From: the human T2T-CHM13v2.0 reference genome, Homo sapiens | DNA length: 64,000 nucleotides | Direction: 5' to 3' (one strand) | NCBI RefSeq assembly: GCF_009914755.1 | Contig: NC_060936.1 | Shown: piece by piece, positions 44,500 through 58,362 of the stretch | How positions within the stretch are numbered: the first letter of the stretch is position 1 | How the letters are laid out: each line of letters opens with the position of its first letter | Made by a program: the position numbers and the translations under genes | The notes under the pieces: generated by a model | Told to the model about the DNA's origin: nothing | Seen by the model: the letters and a program-made list of their open reading frames with translations, nothing else | Database searches by the model: none

Positions 44500-45664
44500 C
44501 AGTCATGCACTACATACCGACATTGTAGTCAAGAATGGGGTGCATGCACAACAAATGGTCTCATATGATTATAATGGAGCTGAAAAGTTCCTGTCACCTA
44601 GTGATATCAGAGCCATTATACCATTGTAGTGCAATGCATTATTCACATGTTTGTGGTAATGCTAGTGTAAACAAACCTATTGCACTGCCAGTCGTCTAAA
44701 AGTATAGCACGTGCAACTATGTGCAGCCCATAACCCTTGATAATCATCATTAATGACTGGGTTATTGGTTTATGTATTTACCACACCATGATTTTTTAAT
44801 CATTATTTTACAGTGTACTCCCTCTACTTTTGTTTTTTAAAGAGTTAACTGTAAAATAGCCCCAAGTAGGTTCCTTGGGAGGCATCTCAAAAGAAGGCAT
44901 TGATATCCTAGGAGATGACAGCTCCATGTGTGTTACTGCCCCAATGACTTTTCAGTGGAACAGAATATGGAGATGAAAGACAGTGATACTGATGGTCCCG
45001 ATCCTGTGTAGGCCTATAGTGATTTTTGTGTTTGTGTCTTAGTTTGTAACGAAAAAGCTTAAAGAGGGGAAAAAATAATGAAATAGCAGAAAGCTTATAG
45101 GACAAGGATATAAAGAAAGATATTAATTTTGTTCAGCTGTACAATGTATTTGTGTTTTAAGCTAAGTATTATTTTAAAAAGAGTCAAAAGTTAACAAAAA
45201 AAAAGATTTATAAATTACAAATGTTACCATAAGCTAAGGCTAATTTATTACTGAGGAAATAAAAAGGTTTTTTTATGAATTGTGTGTAGTATAAAGTATA
45301 GTGTTTATAAAGTCTACAGTAGTATATAGTAATGTCCTAGGCCTTCGTATTCACTAAGTGCCCTATTCACGTGTACCATTTTTTATCTTTTATACTATAT
45401 TTTTACTGTACCTTTTCTATGTTTAGACATATTTGGATACACAAATACTTACCACAGTGTTACATTTGCCTACAGTATTCAGCTTAGTATCATGCTGTGC
45501 AGGTTTGTACCCTGGAGCAATAAGTTATACCACATAGCCTAGGTGTGCAGTAGTCTATACCATTTAGGTTTATGTAAGTATGCTCTATGGTACTCTCAAA
45601 ACGAAGAAATTGTTTCATGACTCATTTCTCAGAACATATATCTGCATTAAGTGATATTTGATTG
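44500..45664 (-). mobile_element. Tigger3b-like (TcMar) DNA transposon, near full length
   Basis: Termini cagtcatgc... and ...catttctcagaacatatatctgcattaagtgatatttgattg, TA-flanked, about 1.17 kb. Confidence 0.85.
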
Positions 45665-47230
45665 TATATATACTTAAGTAACAAATGGAAATGGGTGGTA
45701 AAGATTCATAATTATAAGCAAATTCGAGGCACATAAAAATTCCACAGGCTAGACATCAAATATATGTATAGAATTTATTTTCTTCTACTGTTTTGGAATT
45801 TAGAGTACAGATGATGTTTTTTCTATAAGATAAATCTGTGTACACCTATTAAATAAATTTAGAATATAAAAGTCATTTATGTCCTTAAAAGTCCCTTCCT
45901 TGTATTCCCTGCTTCTAACAATGATGCTCATTATAAACAGAAAGTTGCATATGAGTATATAAATCATTACATTACTTGGAATAAATTGTTTTTATTGACT
46001 TTAGGAGGAGAGTGCTGTGCTGAAAAGTACTTTACATGCATCTGTCACATTCCCTTTACACTGAGTTATCGTGGTGCTTTCTTGAGTGGGTATACTGTTG
46101 GTTCAAAGTGAGTTTCAGCAATGATTACCTGAGAAGAAATTCATTTAAGCCAATCTTAAATGGCTTAAGCTTGCAGAACAGTGTAAAATCAATTTTACAC
46201 TGATTTGTGTAGCTTCTGCTTTGAATCGTAATCCAAATAATGAAGATCTCATTACTTCTTTAAGAAACTACCTGTATTAATTATCTCATACTAGAATAGA
46301 TACATGCATAGTATCTTTCACAGATTATCTTTAAGTCTGTGTCTGCCAGTCTGTCACCATATTCTGGGATGTGGAACATGCTGGAAGCTATGGTTTTATC
46401 TGTTTCATTCCTCACAAAATAAGCATATACCCAGGACAATTTTCTGAAGTATGACTGGCAAACTTTCAGAAGTTGTATGTTAGTTGTTTCTGTTTGATAT
46501 GCAGTTTTACTTGTGAAGACCACTGCCAGCCCTATAGTCTTGTAAAAAGCCGACAGAAATAGTTTCTACACAACCTAGTCAAGTAGACATTAACTGAAGT
46601 TTTAACAAGTTTATTTTATAGGCAAGCTCATATGTAGTAAGTCAATTATTCAATCAGATTGCTCTCTCTCCACCACCACTTTAGGGGATGGAACTTGCAT
46701 CTAAGTACATTGTGACGGAGTAATTTACAGCATGAGAGTTTCAGAGCAAAGCATCCCTACAAGATAGCTAGATTGGGAAACTGAGCAATCAAAGGGCATA
46801 AAGATATGAGTACCTTGGGATTGAGGATACAGTACAAAAAGTAGGTTGGAAAAGCATAAGAAACAAATATTGTATAACTTGGTTGTGGTTCTCTGAGATC
46901 CCCTTAAAATTATCTACTCACTGCCCTTGGTAGTCTGTGCTGCAATCTCCCCCAAAAATGTGCGAGCTAGAAAATGCAAACCAATAGTCATTTTTTTGTG
47001 GCTAATATCATCTGAGTCTAACATGAAATTTATAAAATTTCAATTATATTATCAAATTAGAATCAAGGGGCTTGAGTTATACAGTAGCACTTACTAATGA
47101 CTACTCTAGGACATTTCCTAAGCCTGTCTAAATTTCAGGTTCTGCACTTCTTAAGTGGGACTAAAAGTGCATGCTCCAGAATAGAAAGAAACACTAAAAA
47201 GTTTACATTATGATACAACATGTTCTTATA

Positions 47231-47375
47231 CAGGGCTGGGACTAGGATGAGGCACATGAGGTCCTGGGAGGCTATAATTTAAGGAAACATTCACTTTCAG
47301 GGTTGATATCTGACAATGAGAGCCTCTTTAAATTTTATGCTTGAGATTATCTTGCTTGTCTCCCCTTAGTACCCA
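47231..47375. mobile_element. MER96-like hAT MITE
   Basis: cagggctgggactaggatgaggc...aatttaagg...tttaaatttt...ccttagtaccc (palindromic ends); family name tentative. Confidence 0.5.
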
Positions 47376-48004
47376 TGGAATAGAACTTTGAGAAAGTATC
47401 AAGGGAGAAGGAGAAGGAAATTTCTAAAAAATGATCAGAATTAAAGAACTTACCTAATGAAATCATTCTGGAAAGAGTTAAGACAGAAAAATAAATATTA
47501 CAATGAACTTAAGAAATAACTTGTGAAAATTAATCAGGTGAAAATAATGAGTAGTCTTGCTGTCAGAGATACAGTATAAGTAAAGCAGCCAGACCTCAGA
47601 ATAATCCTAAATCTTACCTAGTTAAAGTAACTTTTGTTACTACCTAGGTCATTTAAAGTGTTTTTTACTTTGTAATGGAATTACAAAGTAGTAACTTGAA
47701 ATTACTTTTCACATTCAAATGGCCTGGATCCACATTTCTCCCTTATCTGAATTTTTGTCTCTCATTATAAGATAAATCCTTCTCATTATAATAAGAATGA
47801 TATTTACACCTCACTCTCTTTTCAATAAAGGTTAAGGTTTATAAAGGCAATTATACCACACCCTCTTTTCAATAAAGGTTGGGGCTTATGAGGTAAGTAA
47901 TAATGAAAAGAGGAATCAAACAGACTAAAAGAATGCTATAAAAAGAAGGAAAACTGATAGAGTGCAGGAAGCAGAAGCAGGAGAATGTGCTTGTTAGGAG
48001 AAAA

Positions 48005-48190
48005 CCCACATAGGAGTATGACCTTAGGTGAGTCAGTTTACTTCTTTACATTAGTTTTGCCCATTTGTGAAACAGCTATAATAAAAGTACCTTTCTCATA
48101 GCTGTAGTTGTGAGAGTCAAATGGGCTATTACATGTAAAGCGCTTAGAACAGTCCCTGACAGTGAGCATTCTGCTGATGTTGGCTACTAC
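48005..48190 (+). mobile_element. MIR
   Basis: tgaccttaggtgagtca...catttgtgaaa...gttgtgagagtcaaatg...tgtaaagcgcttagaacagt. Confidence 0.8.
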
Positions 48191-51100
48191 TGTAATTATA
48201 TTAGATATTCTGTTAGGTAGTCTCCATTCAAGCAAATCTTTAATTCAAGAAATACTCTGTAGGTCTCTGTATTACACTGAGCTGACTAATGCCTATCTTA
48301 CACCTTACATTTATGTTTAATCTTGTTGAATTATATGGTTATCAAAAATCACTTTGTTTAAAACTTATTTATTTCCACTGCACTTGCTTTTAAAATGTTT
48401 AATTCATCAACTTAAATAAATGTTACATAAAGCAAAATATAAAACAAATTTGGCTCCTATATAAACACTAAGTTGAATTAGTTGGAAAAACCAGAGATAG
48501 GCAAATCTTGAATGAAACACACTATCAATAAAATACAATTTTGTCAAAGTCTGGGGAAGGCATTGTAAATGTCCAGAAGGATTCCTCATTCAAATGGCTT
48601 TTTGAGTTATCTTGAAGTCGTCACTTTAAAAAGAAACACCAACTAGAGAAATTAAACATGTTTCCAGATAAGATTATCTAAAAGGATAATGTGGAACTCC
48701 AGACATTGGAAACATACACAAAAATAGTTTTAGGTGCTCCATCTAAATTTGCAATTCTTTAGCATTTCTGTAATTTTTACCTGAGATAAAGTATTCAAAG
48801 AATGCACTTATTTTTGTTACATCCTTCTTCAACCAAATTTCAATTAACTGGTATCTCCATCTCTATCCTACTAGGTAAGAGACTTTCTGTAGTAATAGTA
48901 GCTTGGAGAAAAGAAACAGAAAGCTGGAAATTTAGGGCTGGCTCAAGGTAATCATATATGTGACATTTAAATTTTCCTTTTTGATGGTCCAGCCCATTAT
49001 ATCTAGGCAGGAAAGGAGGCTGAATCAAATAAAGTAGTAGAATAAATAAATAAATAAAAGTTAAAAATAAAAAAGCCCCGAAGCCCAGGTACCTTGTCTT
49101 TTTCTCCTCAGAACTTCAGTTAATAAACACGAAATACCTGGCTGAGGAACCCAAGTCCAAACCTCAGTGTGCAAAATAACTTGTATAATCTAAACAAACT
49201 GTAGTGTTCTTGAAGACATGATAGAATAACTTTGTTAAAAAAAAAAAAATCTGCCTTTGTGTTTTGTAAGTGTGAATTCTAATACATAATGTTAGGTTAT
49301 GACTTTATGTAGTGGATTCATTAATAGTGATTTATGTGGAATTTTCATTTGCAATGCAAATTGTATTGGAAATATATTAGAAATGAGTAAATGCTACCAT
49401 GTAGAGTGAGTAGAAGGAAGAGGAAACATTTAGTAGATACTTTTAAAGCCTAGAGACACAACTTAACTTGTCTCATAGAATTTGCATCAGTATCTGGCAA
49501 GAGGTACATATATTCCGTGAATACAGAGCTATTACACATTAGTAAAAAGATATATATTCCTATAATAATAAAGATAAGTTGGGAAGGTTATGAATAGAAA
49601 ATTAATATAAATACCAGATTAATAAGAATATAAAAATTTGCACATTTAGTAGTGATTTTTAAAATGTAAATTAAGCAAGGAGATAACCAATGTTGACAAA
49701 GGGAGAAAAAATAGCAACACAACACAATTTAACAATTAAAGTTTAAAAGTATTAAGAATATGCATTCCGTATACACAAATATAGCAATGGAAATAACCAC
49801 AGTTTATGCAACAACATAATTACAAGCACATATTTTACACACAACAACAAATTGTGTTACACAAAACAAAGAAAATGTCCAATACTAGGAATTTGATTAA
49901 ATAACTTATCACATTTCTACAAAGGACATATTCAATAACTAAAAGTGATGTTGCAATTGCATATTTAATAAAATGAAGAAAATGCTTACACTACATTACT
50001 AAATTTACAAAAAAGTACAAATTAATATATTATGTGAAATAATCCATTTATATAAAAAGATAATGAAAAAAGAATGACAAGATCTTCATCAAATGTTTTC
50101 AATAGTGAAAAAATTAACATTGATTATCTCTAAAATCAGTATTTTTTAATGTTTTTAAATTATTTTGTTGTCATCTTTGTATTTTTCTGTATTTTACAAA
50201 TGTTATACAGGATCATGTATTAGTTCAATAAACATATAAAACTTAAATGCTATAAACAATATATTTTTTATGTTTCAAATGTTCATTTTTGTTTGAAGCC
50301 TTATCCAGCTTGTAGTGATTTCTCCTTTCTTGAAGCTCCATCACACTTCACTTCTATTGCACATTTTGGAGTTAATCTATATAATCCTGTACTAAATCTA
50401 CCAGTCAACATGCTTATTTTCCTTAGTAGAGTTTCCCTTTCTGATCTCAAGGCCACACGTTTCTTATACTTCAGCAGAGTATATGAAATATGTGGGTAGA
50501 GTGATCTATACAATGATTATTTTAAGGTGAATATTTACATAATATTTAAAATTTGCCAGGCACTATTGCTAAGGCTTGGGGTTGATGGAAACCTGATGCT
50601 ATCTTTATTTCGTCTAGTGTGAGATAAATGAAGAAAAGAAGAACTGTAAAATGTTGTTTATAAGTACATGGAGTGGTAACTCAGGAAGGAAACCAAACCC
50701 AGGCTTTGGGGGCTCAGCAAAAGCTTTTCAGAGGAAATATGTAAAGGAATCGATAAATGAATAATGAATTGGAGAAAATATGATGACTTTGAAGTAGGAT
50801 GAAAGTTTTGGGCAAAGGGAAGACCAACTACAAAAGCTCATAACTGACCAAAAGGAAAGATGTTTGAAAAACTGAAAGTAGTTCCTGACCTGGGAAATAA
50901 AGCCTTCGAGGTGAACTGAGGCTAGATCATAAAGCTTTCTTTACTTCTCCCCATTCTTTAAACAATTGAATGTTAATTAATATGGTATAATTTAAATTCC
51001 TTCAGGTTGGTTAAATAGTTTTAGAAAAATGGTTTTAAAATTCCCTATTGTTCATTAAGAAATGAATTACACTGGTAAATAAAAATAATAAAATGTATCA

Positions 51101-51319
51101 TATTTTTCATCTGGAAGTTGGGACTTCAAATTTATTTTTGCAAGATTCATAATGTTTAATAATTTTGTTTGCATTTGCTCTTGGGAGGAAAATGTGGATA
51201 TAAACTATTTATGATGCTTCTCTCTCAGCTGGAAATTACTCAGCAAACTCTTCATCAGACTTAAATTAAATTTACAATAACTATTTTAATGGTCTTCTCA
51301 GTTTCTTATTTTAAATATA

Positions 51320-51767
51320 CAGGTGGCTCTTGAACAACACAGGTTTGAACTGCATCATTCCACTTATACACAGACTTTCTTCTGCCACTGCCACTCCTGA
51401 GACAACATGACCAATCTCTCCCCTTCCTCCTCCTCAGCGTACTTTCAACATAAAGACGACGAGGATAAAGGCATTTATGATGAACTACTTCCACATAATG
51501 AATAGTAAATATAATTTCTCTTCCCTATGATTTTCTTAATAATATTTTCTTTTCTCTAGCTTACTTTATTGTACGAATGGAGCATATATGTGTACATATA
51601 AAACACATAATACATGCTTATCAACTATTTGTGTTATCAGTAAGGCTTCCAGTCAACAGTAGGCTCTTAGTAGTTAAGTCTTGGGAGAGCCAAAAATTCT
51701 AGCTGATTTTTTGACTGTGTGTGGGGGGTCAGCACCCTTAACTCCTATCTTATTCAAGGGGCTATTG
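51320..51767 (+). mobile_element. Tigger2a-like DNA transposon
   Basis: TIRs caggtggctcttgaacaacac / ttattcaaggggctattg, TA-flanked, about 450 bp. Confidence 0.85.
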
Positions 51768-52479
51768 TATTCTAAATTGTCTTTTAGCTTGAGTCATAAT
51801 CCAGGTATAGTGAAAAACATTTGTGTCTATTTAAAAATAATATAGGTAAGAATTTTAAAAATTCTATATTTTTCCTACATGTCATTTAGGAAGAACTTAA
51901 AATGGAGTTATGTAAGAATTATATAAGCCTTTTAAATTTGACCTTTTATTTCTGGCATTAGAATCTAGTATACTGGGAAGGAAAATGTGTAAATAGAAAT
52001 GAAACAAACTATTCACAACTGTTTAAGATCATGTATAAAAAAGTTATACTTGTTACTTTTCTGCCTGAAAACTGCAATAAAGTAATAAGACTTTTTAATA
52101 TTTTACCTATTGCTAAAATTTATCTCATTCTCCCATATTTTATTATGCTATATAAGATATGAGATTTGGGAAATCTAGTAATTATCAGAAATAATATACT
52201 TTATAAACAAAATATATAATTTAGGAATGGAATAAACAAATAATTAAATACTATTTGGGAGTTTTTGGGAATTTGTCGTCATGCATGCCTTTTTTGTCAC
52301 ATTTTGTTCTTTTCTAGGATTAGGATAGGTAAAAAATTATGAGATGACTAGGAATTTATAACTGAAAAACAAACAGACTTTGAAAGAAAAAGATATTCCA
52401 GATATTCCATTTGGTATCTGTAAAACATCAAACTCACATAATTTCATAATTACAGAAACTTCTTAAGAAATAGTGAGTT

Positions 52480-53295
52480 ACAAAAGAACACATACAAGTG
52501 TCCAACAAACATATAAAAAAGCTCAATATCACTAATCATCAGATATATGCAATTAAAACCAAGTGAGATACCATCCCACCTCAGTCAGAATGGCTATTAC
52601 TAAAAAGTTAAGAAAAAAAAAAGATGTCGGCAAGGGCACAGAGAAAAGGGAACACTTATACACTGTTGGTGGGAATGTAAATTAATACAACCTCTATGGA
52701 AGACAGTATGGAGATTTCTCAAAGAACTAAAAATAGAATGAGCATTCAACTAAGTAATCTCGCTACTTAGTACCTACCCAAAGGAAAAGCAATTGTTATA
52801 TCAAAATAATTCCTGCACTCATGTCTTTATCACAACATTAATCATAATAGCAAAATCATGGAATGAATCTAAGTGTCCATCAGTGGATGATTGGATAAAT
52901 AAAATGTATATACACACCATGGAATACTATGCAGTCATAAAAAAGAATAAACTAATGTCTTTTGTAGCAACATAAATGGAACTGGAGACCATTATCCCAA
53001 GTGAAATAACTTGGAAACAAAAAAAATCAAATACAACATGTCCTCACTTGTAAGTGAGAGCTAAACAATGGGTACATGTGGACAGGTAGAAGGAAATAAC
53101 AGACATTGGAGACTCCAAAAGGGAAGAGGTTGGTAGGGATGAGGTTTGAAAAATTACCCATTGGGTACAACGTTCACTATTTGGGTGATGGGCACACTGG
53201 AAGCCCCAAAATCTCCATTACATAATATACCCATGTAACGAACTTTCACATGTACCCCCTGAATCTATAAAAATAAAAAATATTAAAACTAAAAA
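52480..53295 (+). mobile_element. L1PB-type 3' fragment
   Basis: cagtcagaatggctattactaaaaag...tgtccatcagtggatgattggataaa...catgtaccccctgaatcta with A tail. Confidence 0.88.
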
Positions 53296-53377
53296 ATGTA
53301 GTCACTTAAGCCTTGCATCTTTAGTAATCACTAATGCTTATATCTTATCTTCTGAGAAATTACCTGAGGGAAAGAGA

Positions 53378-53527
53378 AAGGAAGGAAGGAAGAAGGGAAG
53401 GAAGGAAGGAAGGTAGGTAGGAAGGAAGGAAGGAAGGAAGGAAGGAAGGAAGGAAGGAAGGAAGGAAAGAAGGAAGGAAGGGAGGGAGGAAGGGAGGGAG
53501 GAACAAAGGAACGAAGGAAGGAAGGAA
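53378..53527. repeat. Compound (GGAA)n microsatellite; 12 perfect consecutive units at 53420-53467
   Basis: Direct reading. Confidence 0.95.
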
Positions 53528-53711
53528 TTGAAAAAAGAGTAAGCTCAGGGTCTTGTCGCTTGGGAGAAAAATCTAAACTTCAGATGCTAGCTCAAAAGTC
53601 TGCTATGCTAGCTTTCACGTCTGATATGAATCATAGTTCCTCATTTGAAAACCTATTAAAAGTAGCAGCAAGGTTAATAAAGAGCAAGCTTAATCTCTTG
53701 AGAATAATTCA

Positions 53712-54017
<306 letters not shown>

Positions 54018-54049
54018 TTAGATAGGAAAAAATACACTAACAAATTATA

Positions 54050-54270
54050 ATAATAGTTATCATTTTAGTGTCTCATATGCTAGGAATTATTTTATGTATC
54101 TTACATACATGACCTCACCCCACGAGATAAAATGTTATCATTATTTTCCCTAGAGGAGATAGATGCACAAAGAAATTAAATGATGTATTTAAAAACACCA
54201 GGGAGGCAGGGATAGAAACAAGATTTGAAATTGAGACATGCTAGCTCCAGAGACTCTATTTTAACTAATT
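54050..54270 (-). mobile_element. MIR fragment
   Basis: Degenerate MIR core (cattattttccctagaggaga...gatttgaaa...ctccagag). Confidence 0.55.
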
Positions 54271-54686
54271 CATATTACTAGTGGTAAAAGTAATGGCTGC
54301 ATGGCACCAAGTTCCCCTTTGTATGTAGGGACCAGAACGGCTACAAGCCACATTTGATAAGGGACTCAATTAATGTTTGCTTAATGAGTGGCTTCAATTT
54401 ATAATGCTTCTTTGGAATTCTGAGTGAAGAGAAATTCTGTCACAGAACGAGACAGCTGTGCCACATCCAGCCATGTGATTTCGATCAAAGCATGCAGTGT
54501 AGCTAAGCCACATTTCCACCTACCTTCCTACACCATGTGAAAGATGTGTGAACTTAATTAGATGCTATATATGAAAATGCCTTTTAGAGAGTGAAATGAT
54601 GTGCTAAGAAAGAAGTTAAAACTCAAATCATTGAAAAACTAAAGAAAGCAACAAAATTAATAATGCATCAGAAATTAGAGATTTTA

Positions 54687-55329
<643 letters not shown>

Positions 55330-55829
55330 TCAACTTTGCTGTGAGACTCTTGAAAGACAATTAAACCAGCAGTGCTATTTACACAGCACAGGTCTCGTGC
55401 ACATCTCAAGCACTGGGTGAATGCCAATCACGGGCATTATATTTCAGCACCTGAATAACATCACTTAAAACAGGAATATTCTCCCATTTTCCCTCCATCA
55501 TTAGTTATGAGTAAGAAGTAGAAAACACAACAAAAAATTAGCAGCTTACATATTTGTTTTTGAATGTCCAAAAGATTGACTGATGTTTTTTTTCTATTTG
55601 TTGAAATAAACAGATTGAACAAAGGAGAGAATTGTGAGAGTGAGAAAAAGTGAGACAAAGAAGAAAAACTATAAATCAGCAAAATACAGTGCCAAGAGCT
55701 CTGGACCACAAATCAGAAGACCTGAGCCCTAATTCCTTTCCAGTCATTGGTGAGTCATGTAACCCATCTAAACCTCAGCCATATTTTCCTCATTTGTAAA
55801 ATGAAGGAATCAAGCTTGATTATTTCTCT

Positions 55830-56328
55830 CTACCTCCTGATATCCGTTCCCTTCTATAATCTCCTTCTTTTGGGGGTAGGATTGGCCCAGTGATTTATTT
55901 CTAATAAATAGCTGATGATAAAAGTGATGGGATGTCACTTTCCAGTTTAGGCAATAAAATGACTGTGGTTTCATTCCTGCTAGTCCCCTCCCGCTGTCTC
56001 TTTCCCTCTGAGCTCTCACTCTGGAGTAAGTCAGATCTCAGGAGCCCTATGGAGAGTCCCATATGACAAGGAACTAATGTTTCTGGCCAACAGCCAGCAG
56101 GAAACTGAATCATGACCCTGACCATATGAATGAGCATGGAAGTGGATTCTCCCCAAGTCTAGCCTTGAGATGACTGCTGCCCTGGCTGATACCTTGATTG
56201 CAGCCCTGTGAGAGACTCTGAGCAGAGGCCATCACAAAGCTATTCCCAGACTCCTGACCCATAGAAGTCATGAGATCATAAATGCCAAATTTGGGGGTAA
56301 TTTGTAATCAGCAATAGCTAACCAGTAT
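55830..56328 (+). mobile_element. MLT1F/G-like MaLR LTR
   Basis: gccaacagccagcaggaaactg...ccttgagatgactgc...ttgattgcagccctgtgagagac...gcaatagctaacca. Confidence 0.8.
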
Positions 56329-58280
56329 AAACATCCTTTTAGTTGAAAAATTCTACAATATTAAAAGACTATTTGTCTCTTTTGAAAAAAAAAATGCCAA
56401 CAACGAAACTCTTTGAGTCAGTGTGGACTGGGTTGTGATAGAGATAAGAGAAAAGAAGGGGAAGATCTAAGTACAATGTGTGACTGTACAGATTATGCTT
56501 TCTTCCAGCAGGTTAGGCACAAATAATTGACCTTGACAGGTACATTATATATGACAGAAGATAGTACTTGACTATTTAGTTTATAAACTCAAACTGTTCA
56601 AAATAACTAAACATCTAAATATGTCTTCTTTGGACCCTAATGATTTTTTTACCTTTGTCTTCTAAGATATTTGGATTTCCACACTAGTTAACATCACCCA
56701 AATGCCTGCCAATACATTGTTACCAATGTCATCCATAATTAGACCTTAAAGAGTCTTTGATGCGGATAAATGGCATGTGAAGCATGGAATTCTCGCCTAC
56801 ACAAAATTCTTAACAGGCTGTGCACTCAAGGAGGAACGAAAGGAGATGAAGTTAAAGTTTCATTCATTGGATCACTCAGCTCATTCATCTTGTTTATTCC
56901 ATTTTATAATTTAAGTTGCATTAGGAATCATAGGCAATTTCTGTGTACTCAGAATAGGTTTAATTAGCACAAACTTCACTGTCTGTCATCTCCTATCACC
57001 TTAATGTCAGTAAATCTGTTTTTTTTTTCTTTTTATCTGAAGGATTTGTTCGTCGCTTGCCAAAATAGCAGCGAACTCTCTGTCAAACTGCAACTCATTT
57101 TATCGGAGCAAAAACTGAACAAAGAACTGCTATCATTTCTGAGGTGTGATTTCTTAAGCATTTTGTCTTGTGATTGATTTTTTAAATATAGTAATTTTAA
57201 AGACACGGTTGAAAGAAGCAGCTGATCGCTAATATCTGATGGCTAATATGCTAAATTTCCCTGTCTGATGTGAAAGAATAAAGTAAAAGCAAAATACAGG
57301 CATTTTTCATTCAGTGCAAGAAAAAATACAAAGCGTGTTTCTAGATCTATCTAAGTCTATTTTTAAAACTAAAATGGGCTTTAATGTTTCTTTATTATTT
57401 ATTTACTTAGCTCTGGCTATAATAAAATGAAGACGGATAATTTTATAATCCAAGACCATTTAAAACAACATGTATAATTACCTCTGGCAGGCAAGGAAAG
57501 CCTGGATTCTTCTTTGCCCTGACACAGGCATATCCTAGCAGCTACTAGCAGCTCACATAGAGAACTGAATAGAAGGGGCAGTGAACAGTACTGTTAAGTG
57601 ACATGAAACAGCCCTTCGTAGTCAAATATGTAGTTCCGTCAATGTTAAAGTCAGTTTCTGCTGCCTCCTACCCTGTTCAGATATTCCCTTATTTTTCCAG
57701 AACACTATGTTGTACAGGAAATGCTGAAAATAGTTCTTCTTTTATTGTAGCATTCAGTTTGGACACAGAAGGGAATAAGGTGTAAGTCTTCTGTTTAATC
57801 CCAAGTGTCTAAACCTAGCTGGTCCATAGGCTTTAGAGAACTAGGTTCAGGAACTAAATTACAGGCAAAGGAATGTCTCTCTGTACATCTAGGTGATCTT
57901 ACTACCTTGGATTACAGAAGTGTTGAATATGGAGAGGGTCTTCTCTGTAACCTGCTAATGAGGAAGGGCCCTGGCCTAATGGATGGGAATGGATGTTCTC
58001 TTGCAACAATAAAATTTTGTTTCTTCTCTTGCTCTAGAAATGAAAAGGGTGTGATTTAGAGACACTTCCTTTTATCCCACTGCATGATTTCTTCTACTAC
58101 GATCACAAAAAAGTGTCAGCATAAAATCATAAATTTATTCCCTAGTAAGCAAATAGTCCCTTATGAGCAATTCCAGACTAAGGGGATGCTGTGATTTCAG
58201 AAACTTGCCGTTACCTGTCTCAAAAAAATTATCAACTTAGTAGTGATTGATTCAAGGGCCTCCTAGTTTCATTCTCTTAC

Positions 58281-58362
58281 CTCTAGCCATGCGACCACAG
58301 TTGGCCCATCCCACTGGGCAAAAGGTAATCCCTTTCTCCGAGCTTCTTCAAGAAGTTCATGC
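58281..58362 (-). CDS. PPFIA2: PPFIA2 exon (G + [27 protein letters not shown]), start of SAM1
   Basis: tacttcag acceptor, GAG|gtaaga donor, 82 nt; [15 protein letters not shown] liprin-alpha motif. Upstream exons lie beyond the window. Confidence 0.96.

Noticed and set aside
47761-47880. Short direct repeats (ctcttttcaataaaggtt x2, ctcattataa x2) giving tandem AATAAA
   Set aside because: Small local duplications in AT-rich, repeat-derived sequence; no evidence of function.
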